Positions 1-13,400 of a stretch of 64,000 bases of DNA are shown here, piece after piece. A program made the position numbers and the translations under genes. This stretch comes from Enoplolaimus lenunculus (taxonomy: Eukaryota). Position 1 is the first letter of the stretch. Each line of letters opens with the position of its first letter. The stretch lies in assembly GCA_030248215.1 (NCBI GenBank), contig JASANG010004131.1, positions 310,001-374,000 on the forward strand. The letters are read 5' to 3'. The notes beneath the pieces are model-generated. The model was not told where the DNA came from. It worked only from the letters and a program-made list of their open reading frames with translations, and did not search any database.

Positions 1-1228
1 GTGTGAGTTGAATCTTTAATATACGTTGTAACTGGGCATCACTTAGTTATTATATCTGAAACTCAGCAGCTGTCTGCTGAACTTTTTTGGGGGGGTCGAC
101 CTTTCAGGCCCCACCTGACAATCTATGATTTGAGTTGTTATATATAAGAAATTGTGCGCGACAAGTTATTTTGTTACGCTTTGCGTTGCGTTTTTTTTGT
201 TTCTATTGTAGATTATATTCCTGCATAATATTTCATTACACGTTTTATAATATTACCCGCATTTTTGTTGAAAGCACAAGCCGCGTTTGTAAAGTAATAC
301 TGGTTATGAATTTCTTATTGTTATCAGCAGTTATCTATCATAACGCTACGCGCTTTTTTGTAGAGTCTACGCAACATATTTGTTAAAACGTTGCCTAGTT
401 ATTTTCTGGGATATATTAATGTAACATTTACGAGAAATTTACTACAATAACAAGTGCTTATTTCTGATTACTTTCTCATTAAACTTTTTTGATATACGTT
501 ACTAATTGGTTTGCAGAAAAACTGTGTCTAATTATTCGCTACTGGCTTGAAGCATACGTATGTGAAATATAATTTCAGCCTGGGGGAGCGAACATTTTCG
601 CTCGCCACGTAGTTGTGAACACAAAATTCGGTTGCAATAGTAAAAATATCATGCTGGCGTTTAGTGTGTTTTCTCAAATGGATGTAGCACATGTCACAAG
701 TAGGCTGGGTCTCATCATGAACTACATTACACAGAAGCACAAACAGGAACAGGAATTAATTTTTTGTTAGATCAGGAAGAGTAACCGAAACAGCAATTAC
801 AAATATATTGCACCACCGAATTACCAATAATTGACTATAGTTCAAAATAAAATATGCTGATCATCGACTTTTTAGCGTTTGCATTAGTCAGTTTTCCAAG
901 TTCTGCAATATAACACGTCGAAAACTTTAAACTATGAGATTTGCTATGAAGGATGCATAGACAAAATACAAGTTTTGAAAACAAGCTGAGCTTAGAGCAA
1001 AGTTATTGAGACCTCCGTTTTGTATATATTTTCAAGTTAATCCTGCACAATTTTCCAAGAATATGAACAGAGACAGGAATTAAATTTTTGCCGGAATTCG
1101 CGTCGAAACAGGAATTCCTGTTGATCCTTGCCAGTTGATGATAGGTCTAGATTTTGAGCCAGTGAATGGCTTGCTTCGGAAATTGGCATATTTTTAAAAT
1201 TTATATACGTTTTCCTGTTCCTGTGCAG

Positions 1229-1256
1229 ATTTTGAGATACACAACTGCAGGAGTAC
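1229..1256 (+). CDS. Possible 28-nt micro-exon of the ZnT1 gene (ILRYTTAGV-H)
   Basis: ctgtgcag acceptor after a pyrimidine tract, gtgagt donor at 1257, phase-1 end compatible with exon 1359. No homology support. Confidence 0.4.
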
Positions 1257-1358
1257 GTGAGTTTGAAAGCTTATTACTCACTGGTGATAGCTGCTATAAG
1301 CATTTGAGAATACGGATCATGTTTAAGTCATAACGATGTTTATATCGTGTTGTTACAG

Positions 1359-2662
1359 ACAATAATGAACAAGTTCCTGTTGCAATGAAAACATTCAACG
1401 AACCTGTAGCCAAGAACAACTCATTGACAGCAAACGATAAAGAAGCAACTGATCTCAGCGATGTTTCTGTTCCAACAGCTGTTCATCTCCATAAACAACC
1501 GGATACAGATACAGCTACTCACGGTACCGGAGGAAATTCTACTGTCGGCGGTATGTCTACAGACGGTAATACTCATCTCACCACTGTTTGTGGGCCTTCA
1601 GATAATTCCACGTCGGTTGGGGCAGCACAACAGTCAACAAAAACAACGGCAACTACAAAGCTGCGCCGACGAGTGGCGTCGCCACCTTTGGCGTCCAAAA
1701 CCGACGCACAGACATCAGCCAAAATGTCGAGTCAACAGCAGTCAAAGTCTTCTCGTGTGTCCTCAGAACAGTTGAATATGCACGGTGTATTTTTGCATAT
1801 TTTAGGCGACGCCATAGGCTCAGTGATTGTTATCGTGAACGCGCTGATTTGTTGGCAGGTTGATAACGACGCTGTGAAACGGTATCTCGATCCGTCGCTT
1901 AGTCTAATTATGGTTGCGATTATTAGCTCAACAACCCTACCGCTGCTGCGTGAATCGGCGCATATTTTACTTCAAACCGTTCCGACACATTTAAATATCG
2001 ACGTTCTTAAGCAGCGTCTGGCAGCTATTGATGGAGTACACGCTGTTCACGAATTTCATGTATGGCGGCTAGCAGGCAACAAAATCATCGCAACCGCACA
2101 TATTCATTGCGCGAGCCTTGAAGAGTATATGCGGATTGCAGGGCGTGTCAAAGAGTTTTTTCACAATGAAGGTATACATTCAACGACGGTCCAGGCAGAG
2201 TTCGATGAATACCTGATGAATGGCGGGGTTGCTGGCGATGGAACGGATGATCACAGCCACGAGAATGAAGCTGGGGAGAGTTTGGAAGGTGTGAAGCGGC
2301 AGATGTATAACGCCGCACAGACACTAACTGGGTCAGATGGTAGAATAACGAATAGAAATGGGACAGCATTGTCGGCAGCGTCTCAGCCATTACTCAGTGC
2401 AGATAAATGCATTTTAGAATGTCCGCCTGAAACTGAATGCGCACCGGATACATGTTGTGGTGCGTCTAAAAACAACAAATCGTCGTTTAACGGGGATGGT
2501 AATGGAAACTGTGGCGTACAATCAGGGAAATCTAGCAGCGCTACAGTTGGGATGGTATCGACTCAAATTTCGGCAAGGGATATTGGTGGGTCTTCAACTA
2601 ATGATTTAGGTGAGGTGGATATTCCGGTTTCGGCGCTGTTGACAGAAGAGAATGTTTGCTGA
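1359..2662 (+). CDS. SLC30A1: Zinc transporter ZnT1/CDF-1 (cation diffusion facilitator), large terminal exon; 5' exons lie upstream of the window
   Basis: Acceptor ttacag|ac at 1358 keeps the 1385 ORF frame. TM5 motif NMHGVFLHILGDAIGS, TM6 YLDPSLSLIMV, C-terminal VHEFHVWRLAG and FFHNEGIHSTTVQAEF, and Cys cluster CILECPPETECAPDTCCG are typical of the ZnT1/CDF-1 subfamily. Stop at 2660-2662. Confidence 0.93.
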
Positions 2663-3748
2663 ATGGTGGCAGCTGTTCATGGGCTTATATACAACAGAGG
2701 ATATGGGGGATTTATTCACTGGCCGACGAAGAGATTTTTGCATATCGTAACTTGAACGAGACTGCAAAATTGCAGCACGACAATGGTGTTCAGTAGAAGT
2801 TTTGTAGAAGTGTTATTTGGCTCCATCTATTGATTGCGTTTTATGCACCGATTTAACGACGTAGTTGAAGTGAATTTTTCGTACAAATTTGCGGATGATT
2901 GCTCACAGGTTAGTCAATCTGCTCTAAAACAATGTATCTATAACAGGGTTCATACGGAATTCCGATTCAAAACAAGTTCCGATTCGGATTACACAATCAA
3001 TCGGAATTGGAATTTTGAACTTTTAATTTTAATCCTACATGTTGTGATACGTTCCAAAAATTTTTTTGCATTTTTATGTATTAAAATTGCTTTCGATGAG
3101 TTTACATCAATAATAATTGATTGTATTTAAACGTAGCACAAGTGTGCAGATCCGAATATCCTGTACCATTTGTCTAATTGGACACCTGTATTGTTTGCAG
3201 TTAAACCAGTCGTGTTTTGTTCATAACGTTGGTGTTTTAAATATTCACAATATGTTTGTCGTATTTTATATTTTATTGTAGTAATAATTGTTTTTAATAT
3301 GATTCAATCTTTCATACTACACAGGTAGACGCAGAAATATGCCTAAAATTCCGGTTTCAATGTAACTTTTAACAGGATGCTAGCATATATTTAGGCATAT
3401 ACTTAAGCAAGCATATTTATTCATTTTCCTCACCAAAGCCGGGGTTTAAAGTATAATAACTGTGGGACGGTCGGGGTGTACAAGAGCGACAGGTTGTATT
3501 TCCTGCTAGTAATTGGTATAATCGATAATCAAACTTGTCATCTTTTTGTAATTAGGCAAATTAGGAATCACTTTTGAACTTAGACTATGTCTATTAGTGT
3601 CCATAAAGTTAAATATGGATTCCTCTACAATTTTGATTACGGCAGCTGAATTTAACTGGGACTAATTTTGTCGGAACAGTGACGTGTCAAACTACAATAA
3701 TATTGCTTGCATGTCGTATGCTATAAAATGCGGACAAATATCACTTAA

Positions 3749-4119
3749 CAGGGTGCAAAGCGGAACTGGATTATACCGGAATAGGAATCGGAATCGGAAC
3801 TACAAGTTTTGTGACTATACCGTACAGGTACGTACGTAATTTGTATTAACAAGTATAATATTGATTTAGGGTGTCTGTTGGCCGGCAACAATTCTCAAAA
3901 ACGTCGCATGAACAAATTGGCAATAATTTTTTGGCTCTGTAAAACTAAACTACAATCAATTATTGATAAGTTAACTCACCGAAAACAATTTAATAGACAA
4001 ATGATGCAGAATTTTTATACAACATATGACAACAAGTAGGTCTAAAATCAAAATGTGGAAATTCCGAGTCCGATTGATTGTGCAATCGGAATCGGAATTG
4101 GAATTTCGATTGCATCCTG
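3749..4119. mobile_element. hAT-like MITE (CAGGGTGC...GCATCCTG termini, subterminal GGAATC repeats); close copy at 8229-8647
   Basis: Terminal inverted repeats. The internal sequence is nearly colinear with 8229-8647. Related pieces lie near 2943, 36860-37160 and 41370-41740. Confidence 0.75.
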
Positions 4120-6089
4120 ACCTCTAATATACTTCCAGTATACTTTCCTCTCAAGATTAAGCCTAAACGTAAGTTTAGATTATCCCAAAATCTAAAGGTT
4201 TCGAAACGTACGTGTGGGAAGTGTACAAGAACTAATATATTTACACACACAATTTACGTTTTAGTCGGTATTGCAGTTGTGCCGGCGTGACTTAAGAGTG
4301 TGGTATCTTTTTATTTTCAAGTTTTTTGTTTGTATGTCGTATTGCTTGTGTGCATTCAATAATGTACATTTTCGAATATGTGCAGTTTTTAATTTTAATT
4401 ATACATTTCATTGTTTTCACATCATCGTGCGGTGTATTTCAGTAAACATTCATTTAGTGTTTCCATTGTTTGATTCTTGTTTTGTTGTTGTTATTGTTGT
4501 TCTTGTGCTTCTGACAGTTCTATATGTTGTATTGTAAGCTAAGATTGTGTATGATACATTGTAAATGGGTTGGATTTGTTGAGCCTAATCCATTTAGCAG
4601 CGTAACTCAGTTGTTTGAATTATGTGTTTGTGTAATTTAAGATTCAACGGAGAGCGGTGTATACAAGCGGAGCGATAGAGACGATATTTCCCTCGAAACT
4701 GCTGGAAAGACAAGGAAAACGGCAGTTCTTAAAGGCTGTAAAATAAGGTTTTGAATCGTTGGGTAAAAAAGTTCTGTTTATTTCGACATGAGGTTGTATA
4801 TGTTACTTGAGTAAAATCGTGGTTACGCACCTGTTAACAGAATTATATTTAAATATACATGGTTTACCGCAATATATACTAACGACCAGTGGTGCAACAC
4901 ATATTAGCGGTCTCAGGCAGGCCGGGACACACACATAGTGTTTAATCATGTTTGTAGAAGATTTTGTTTTATCGTCAAATTTTTAGTCCCCAAAAAGGTC
5001 AATTTCGATCTTATATTATCTCTCTTTGCAGTCAGCAATTAGCATAGCATAACAGCATTGGGCCGGGTATATGGAAGATTAATCAATTAATAAATATCAT
5101 TCAATTTGTTTAGCCCTAAACATAAGCCGCGTACAATGGAGGGTATAACGGAAACCAGTCGCCCGGCAAACTGTCGCCCTACAACTTGTTATCTGATATT
5201 TCGCCGACTCGACAATTTGTCGCCCATCACTATGCTTAGGTTTAGGTTTAGGATTATGGTTAGGCTTAGGTTTAAGACACTGTCGGGGATACAGTATGTC
5301 GTATGTTCGAATATATACAAGATCATGCTTTGGCGTGGATATGTGACTATTGATATTGTGCGGTGTTCTTTTTTGGTTTTAATTTTTCCGAGTACCATGT
5401 GTATTTTCAGCAGCTATGTAAAATATGTAATGACAGCTGTTTATCAGTCGCTAAAAGCGTCCATGTATATATTCCTTGCATTTTTTGGGCTAAGGATATT
5501 AATCTGGTCAGTTATTGAAATATATATATATACTTGGCGTAACGCAAACGGTATACAAACAGACCATGTTAAAAATTAGGTGTGCACCCTAAACTCTTGC
5601 TAGAATGAAAAATAGTAAATTTCAAATTATTCAGTGATTGTTTCTTTGAGAGCTCCGAATTTCCGTTTCTTCTGAAACGAGCCCGTAGCCAGATGGACGC
5701 TCCGCTAACAAGAAAATTTTGCCTCCCGTAAGAAAAGTTTGACGCCTCGCTGGTATGTGATTTGTTAACATTGTATACACCTTTTAGCCCACTCCCCCTA
5801 GCAAGGTGATTATTTACAAGTGTCAGTTGTCGTGAAAAGCACGCTCGCATCTGACCCGAGGGCGGTCGGACCCCTCAGAGGATAGAAATTTGAACAAAAA
5901 AATAAACTTAATAATGTATTTGGTGTTTTTCAATTTACGCTAATGTAAAGTAGCACATAATGTGCGTTCCGGAGTAAATAGGTAAATATTTCTATTTGAA
6001 TTTTTAATATTGTGCATTTTGTTTGTGTCACGTATTGCTACATGTGTAGGAAAAATGTAACTTCTTGATTTTTGAAATATACCCAGAGA

Positions 6090-6392
6090 TGAGTGGCGCT
6101 ATACTCGTTGTGCGGCGCCGACCGTCACCGTGCGTCACCCGTACAGCGTCGTCCGTCAATCGTATAGCGCCGCCCGTCACCCGTACAGGGCCGTCCGTCA
6201 CCCGTACGGCCACGTCCGTCACTGCACGCTAGTGTGCGGTATCGTACGTAAATTACGCACATACGATACCGTATGGTGATGGACGATGGCGGACGGCGGT
6301 GGACGGTTACGGACGGCGGTGGACAGTTACGGACGGCGCCGGACGGGTGACAGACGACGCCAGATATCAACAAAACTATAGCGCAGTCCTTA
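6090..6392. mobile_element. GC-rich hairpin MITE, Harbinger/Tourist-like (GCGCTATA...TATAGCGC); relatives at 51432-51598 and 18165-18325
   Basis: Terminal inverted repeats with internal ccgtcacccgtac/gacggcg repeats. The superfamily call is an inference. Confidence 0.7.
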
Positions 6393-7959
6393 GAGAGTGT
6401 ATCGATATGATTCAATTTTGCGTGCTTGACTTACAATGTTTTCAGGTTCTTTTATTACAGTTATGACATGAGATGTTATCAAAGTGGACAGTCTAAAATA
6501 TATACACAGGTTATCGAGCAATGATACTTTTTTAATTTTTAAGTAAATTAGGATATATTATATTGTTGTAGTTTTGTTCATTGTTTGAATGACCACCGTT
6601 ATAATATTGGTGCTTGCTTTAATATTGCTCGTGTCGTAGATGAGCGTATTTAATTGCACATTCACCGCCATTGTCGAGTAACGTTATAATACAGTGTAGC
6701 CCCGCATCGAGTTGTTAAAGCGTATCTTCTATGGATAAGTGTAATTATTGTTAATTATTGTGAGCACTGTTATTGGATATAAAGGGCAATGATAAAATGG
6801 AAATTGTATAGTGTGGATATTTGAAACATGCTTTGAGATGGAATGGACGTTTGCAATCAGAGCAGGAGTCTGTTCGACTTTGCGGTTATTCCACGAAGCC
6901 GGCGTTTACCTAAAAATGGTCCGATTGGCATTTGTTTTACCGATTTGAGTTTTTTGTGACCTGTATTGATTTTTCGATTCCAAAGGACGATGTGGGCACG
7001 GGACATCAAGCACTAAATTTTGAAAATTCAAGTTATGTGATACCAGAGTGGGTGGGTAAGGATTTTTTACCCGACCCGCGCTTTACCCAAACAAATAAGA
7101 ATTTTTTCCGCGAGGTTGCCCACGCTAAAAAGATCTGCCCACGCCCCACCTTTTACCCGCGCCTGAAGTAAAATCAATATTTTTAGGATCGTTGTTGATT
7201 TGCATTTTGATGAAGTTTTGCGTTATAGCTCCAATGAAGTTTTATTACGAAACGAACTGTTTTGTGATATAGCCTACTTTTACTAAGCAGAGTGTATAAG
7301 GGTGCACGGTATCACACCTTGATAATGGCCGGACATCGTACTTGCCCTATAGGTACGAAAACTCGTCATACACTACGTGTTTATAAGTGAAATGGTGGTG
7401 TTATATATTTGTTGACGTTGTAGTATCTGATATGACCGTTATTGCATCATCGGCTGAGTCAAAAATAATTGCAATCGCAAACTAATCTGCGGGTTCATAA
7501 AATACGGACAAAAAATTTTGGGTTTTAAAGGAAATGTGATACATTCATACAAGTTGTGGATTCGTTTCGAGCGGACATTTAGCATTTCAATGTATATATT
7601 TTCTCTTGCAGTAACGTAACAATGATGTTGATAACCGTTTTTTACCTGTTCGCTATTCTTAGGGCCCAGTGAGAATTTCGTAAATGAGAACGCTGAAATG
7701 CGGCAAATTACGTTTATAGAGGTTTTACGTAGAAAAAGTTTTACAAAGTGTCATTTCCGAAAAATATAAGTACCAGCTTCAAATAAGTGAGTTTAACATG
7801 ATTGTAGTTACGAAATATTTTCAAGAAGATAGCGTTTTCGAGTGTCTTTAAATTCTTGGAAATTAAAAACTGTTGTATGTATACCTACCTAAATCGAAGA
7901 TTATTGCAACCTGTGCTTTGGATATGAGTTCGAAAAACATGATGCTTTTACAGTAGGTA

Positions 7960-8790
7960 GTGGCACGAATAAGAAGGGGGACTGATATTTATTTGGCTTC
8001 TCCAGAGGGTACCCGCTGTTACTCGGTTACGGACTGTTATTTATTTCCACCTCGCCCTCCGCCACCCTTCGTTACTGATATCTATTTGGCATTGTTACTA
8101 TCTGTTAAATTAACCGTTTTTGCCTTGTATCAAAACCTTGACGATAATGCAACTATATTTTGGAATGTTACTTTCAATACTTAAGTATGCTTTAAAGTTT
8201 CGAACTCAACTTTATTTGGTACATGAGTCAGTGCAAAGCGTACTGGATTATACCGGAATCGGAACAACAAATTTATATCGGAATCGAAACAACAAATTTA
8301 TATCGGAATCGGAACCGCAAACTATGTGACTATACGGATAATTTGTATCAAGTATGATATTGATTTAGGGCGTCTGTTGGCTGGCAACGATTGTCAAAAA
8401 CGTCGCATGAACAAAATGACAATCTTTTTGGCTCTGTAAATCTAAACTACAATCAATTTAAGTTAACTTATCGAAAAACAAATTAATAGATAAATAAAAT
8501 AATGCAGAATTTTTATACAACATATCACAACAAGTAGGTCTAAACTTAAAATCTGGAAATTCCGATTCCGATTGATTGTGCAATCGGAATTGGAACTCTT
8601 TTTGAATCGGAATTCTAATCAGAATCGGAATTCGAATTGCGCCCTGACTGGAGTGATTTATGCTCTACGATTAATGATAATTGACATTTAGGGACTGTTA
8701 ATTAGGGTTTACGTATTTTATCCACTTACGGACTCGTAGTAGAGATATATACGGACTCCTATCGATGGGACTCAAAATGGGAACCCCTGT
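7960..8790. mobile_element. Repeat element carrying a nested hAT-like MITE (8229-8647); uninterrupted partial copy at about 10960-11300
   Basis: Flanks tttaaagtttcgaactcaactttatttggt and gataattgacattta are close together in the 11100-11180 copy but separated by the insertion here. Confidence 0.7.
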
Positions 8791-9205
8791 TATTCCCGGC
8801 GGAATCCTAATTCTCAAACTCCAAATTTCCCAGGTAATATCCCAATTTCACAAAATCCGGAGCGAAAAAGGTTGCGGCGAAAATCGCAATTTTCCGGCGT
8901 CGGCAAAATACCAATTTCCGTGTAATATATATCCGAATTTCCCAAAGTCCTAACTTCCCGGGTAATGTCCGAATTTCCCAAATTCCTAACTTCCCCGGAA
9001 ATATCCCAATTTCCCAAAATCCCGACCGAAAAAAAGGTTGCGCCCGAAACAGCAATTTCCCGGCGTCGGTAAAATTCCAGTATCCCGGGTAATATCCCAA
9101 TTGCTCAAAATCCTAACCAAAAAACGTTGCGCCCGAAATCGGAATTTCCCAGCAAAAACCTAATTTCCCGGGTATATATATTCTATTTTCCCAAATTCCC
9201 AGGTA
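8790..9205. repeat. Degenerate minisatellite (aatttccc/gggtaatatccc units of about 32 bp)
   Basis: Recurring aatttcccaaa, cccgggtaat and aaaaaggttgcg; explains the repetitive spurious ORFs here. Confidence 0.8.
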
Positions 9206-10480
9206 TATCGACGGATTTCGGGAGGAACCTCTTCAGTACATGGGCGTGAAAGTATTCAGCTATAAAGGCTTGTTTAAATATATGTTTTGTTTGAATTTGA
9301 ATTTAGTAAAATTTGTAACTGTAGCTTATAGATGTGACTGAGCTAATAGTGGAATAACGTAATGTACTTAACCGGTCGCGTCTTATCCAAAATCTTGAAA
9401 ATTTCGGTGGTTCCGCTATTTTCTTCAAAATTTTACAAAGCCCGGTGAATATTTGCATGCTTCAATTGTGGTTCCAGAAAAATATAACATCTTTGAAACT
9501 TTTATACTTTAATATTCGTTTTCCGTGTCTGCTGCTTCGAAACTACGCGCTACCGTTATTTGTATCAGGTATCCGTTTACAGCCTTGTAGTAGGCGTGCA
9601 ATGTTTAGGCTTTGGCTCAGTATGCAATACAGGCTCCTCATAAAATAAAGTTGGACGTCAAAAGACCCACATAGTTAACATGGGTCCGTGTCATTAATTA
9701 TACATATAATTAATAGTCAATGTCCTACTTTTAAGGCCGTTCCGGTTTCTAGTGGGGCCGTAAAGGCTTTCGATTTTAACCTACATTTTTTGCTTAGACT
9801 TAGGTTTACATTTTTTTCAACGTTTAGGCTTAGGAATTATTGTAAATTATTGAGGTCTAAAGCAAAGTGTAAATAGTAAAACTATATACTCGAAACGCAT
9901 ACCGAAATACGCAAAAAAGTTAAGGTTTTATTCTAGTTTTCAATTTTTTGCTTAGGATTAGGAACACATTTTTGGAACGCTTAAGCTTAGGAAGAGGCTT
10001 AATCTACTGTTACGCCCCTAAAAGTAACAATGGCCCAACACATAATATAGCAGAAATCATTTAATGTTTGAACACTGAAATTGAAGTTTGTTCTTTGGTT
10101 TTAAATCAAAACATTAGACAATGCCACTGCTTATGAAATGGTAACCGCACCCTATAGCGAAAAAATAACACATCTGGCACTTAAGCACCTAAATAAGCTT
10201 ACTGGCCCATGTTAATTATTGGTCTACCAACTGGCAGAGAAGGAGACTTGGGCATTTAGAGGCTGGCAAGCTTTTGCTTATGTTTAGGCTTAAACTTGTC
10301 GGCAGCCCGTTTTAGTTAACATGGGCCAGCTTGCTTGTTGGTCTCGGAAAGGAAATACATTTTGAATATTTGAAAATAAACTAAAACGAGATTGAAAATT
10401 CAAGCAAACACATACTGAATTATCGTGAAATGTTAAATTGCAAAAACCAAAATACAAAATCATTGAATGATTGCATTCTT

Positions 10481-13400
10481 TTACAAGATTGTTCTGATGC
10501 CACTTTGATGTACCATTACAGCGGTCAGAAAGTACAGCACCATATTTGCGCCGGAGAACGCCTTAAATAAAAACATATCACTATTCAAATTATTAGGCGG
10601 CCCTTGTGTTCCGAAAGCGAATTGTTTCTTGAATTAGGTTAAGTCTTAATTCAGGTTTACATATACACAATTCTAAACACACGCTTTGGAACTAAGATAA
10701 CTAAGTATCGGCAAAACAGGTGGCCAGGGCGCGTTGTTTCACCACATTTTTACAGGTCTTTTGCGTTATACCGTAGTCAATCGGTGTTTGCCCAAAAAGT
10801 CTTATTTAGAAAATTTTTGTGTATTTGAGTTTCTCATGACCTGCCCTGATCATTTCACGCCTAAATTTAAAGTTCTGAAAATATCCTAACGGATATTTAG
10901 AACTGAACTTTTGAAACAGATTAGGAAATCTTGGCAAAAACTTAGTAAAAGGCCCAAAAGACGTTTACCCGCTCTACGCCGCCCTTCGTAACTGATATAT
11001 ATCAGGTATTGCAAGTCTCCGTTGAATTAAACGTTTATTTGTCTTGTGTCAATAGCTTGAGCGATAATGCAAGGTTATGCTTAGGAATGCACTTGCAAAA
11101 AGTACGCTTTAAAGTTTCGAACTCAACTTTATTTGGTCATGGCGCTTCATTTATGCGCTCGAATTAGGGATAATTGACATTTATGGACTCTAATTAAGGT
11201 TTAGGGACGCTATCCGCTTACGGACTCTTATTAGGCATACGGACTCCAATTGATTGGGATTCAAAATGGGGACCCCCTCTTATTACTCCCTCTTATTCGG
11301 GTGAGTACAGTAACATTGATAACATGAAGTTGGACGCAAGTACCTAATGGTATATTACGTAGCGATGGTTCAAAACCGGGTATCCGCTTCCGTTGTAGAG
11401 AGATTGGAAATCATAATATTGAGGAACATTAATTTTTTATCATGATATGACAGTCTCAAAATGATACTGTTGACATTCTGTAGTTTAGTTTGTTAAGAAT
11501 AATTCTAAGTGAATAGAACGCATGGATTTTCCAAAATTTAAATAACTTCGCTAATTTTTCAAAAATATAGAAACACCAAATCAAAATGTGTACACTGTCT
11601 TCCGTGAAGTTAGTGTGGTACGAAGCTTAAAAGTTCAATAAAATATAGATTTATTTTACAAAGCAAAGCTATCGACATGCATTGTTTCCATTCGCGTGAC
11701 GTCATTCCGTACGTTTCCGAACCATCGTGGTCCATATCACTTATAAGGGCCTGCTTACTAAACCTAAGCCTACGCGTCAGTGTAAACATGAGCTTAATCC
11801 TAAACCTAAGCAACATAGTCCGAAGCAACATAGTCCGTAAAATTCCTACATCGCTCGGTCTAAACTTATATTGTCGCAACTTGTTGATTTATATTTTTCT
11901 AACTCTGGTATGTATTTTTTCTTTTTGTTTCAAGTATACAAAATCCCTAAACTATGACCGCGACTGGCGCACGTCCGTATTAATTTATGTGGACCACAGT
12001 ATTAAATATGTGTTATACTAACCGAAATTGCTGCCATTCGTTGTTTCCATTCGGTAGGTGTTATACCGTGAGGGCCATAACCATCGTGATGTCTCCAATT
12101 ACCATCGTACATTTTCACCGTATCGAACACAGCGATCCCAAAGCAACAAGCAAATAGTAGTGCAGCAAGAGCGTCAAATCCGTATTCATGAAAAAAGTAT
12201 ATACATACATATCATCAGGGTGCGAAAAGGATACCAAAAACTGACACAGCCGAAGCCGGATAATCGAATATCCGGCCGGAGCCGGATAATGAATTCAAAT
12301 CTAATATTAGGTTGCATTCAAATATTAGAACGTAGCTTACAATTGTTCCTTTTGTGGTTTAGGTATTCAAAGTGTTTACGTGACAATGTTTAACATTTTA
12401 CGGCATATATTTTTAACACTTTAACAACGACCCTATTCCGGTATTATATGCTTTTAAGATCAGGGATGGGTATCTCGGTCTCAGTCACGGCAAGTTTTGG
12501 TATTTGGCAGGTCTTGGTTTCTTGAGTCGTGATGGTTTGAAACCGACGCTACGTAGAAGTTCACCAATTCCTGGTAAACCTGTAAAAAGCAGAAGTTAAT
12601 ATTGTGGAAGCATCTAATGCCTGAGCCTGATGAATAAAATTTCGCTATGAATCTATGAATTTTCACTGTTGCGCAATAATTTTTAGCAGATATTTTGCAA
12701 ACACTCAAAAACTATGACAAAACACAAAAACTACGAAAAAAGAATTAGAAATAATTTATTTTGAAGATTTTATTTTTTTGGTGATGACCAAAAGTTGACA
12801 AAGACCGAGACTTTTCATGGCCGAGACCGGCCTGCGCCTATCCCTGGATATGATGAAGGCTATTATTTCTACTTAGGCTCAGACTTATATAGATTCATTT
12901 TTACGCTGAAGTTTAGGCTTAGCCTTAGGAATAATAGGAATATGCTGAGATATATTCTGTTACTCCCATAGAATAATACTCGTCAATTATGTCTGGTTTT
13001 ACAGCGTTATTTTAACGCAACAATGATTGTGAACGTACACGGTCACATATAAACTTTTGCATTACATGTGTGACAGAAAAATATGTAAAAGTAAGTCAAT
13101 CAGTTGAATGGTAGCTGGCATAAATACGAATGATGGTACAAATTTTTTGAAGTTTTTAAAAAATATACCTTTTTTCTAATAATTCTAGAAATTTCGTGGA
13201 ATATATTCCCTCTTCCGTTGTGTATATGTCGTAGCCCAAGTCGTCATTCAGCCCATTTCCAAATTGGGCTACGCCAGGCCGGAATTACGACTTTGGCTAG
13301 CAATCGGCGTAATCCGTTCTCTGCTACAGTTGCACGCTTTGTGATTGGTTACTATGTTTGTTGTACTAAGCTAAGTTAAATCAAGCTGGATTACGACTAG

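Noticed and set aside
6028..9100. Repetitive short ORFs at 6028-6415 and 8765-9100
   Set aside because: Translations of MITE and minisatellite repeats.
12226..12234. Exact U12 donor motif GTATCCTTT on the minus strand near the odd acceptor
   Set aside because: It lies within a transposon terminus, has no upstream exon, and is not conserved in the duplicated arm. The intron's actual donor is U2-type gtaagt.
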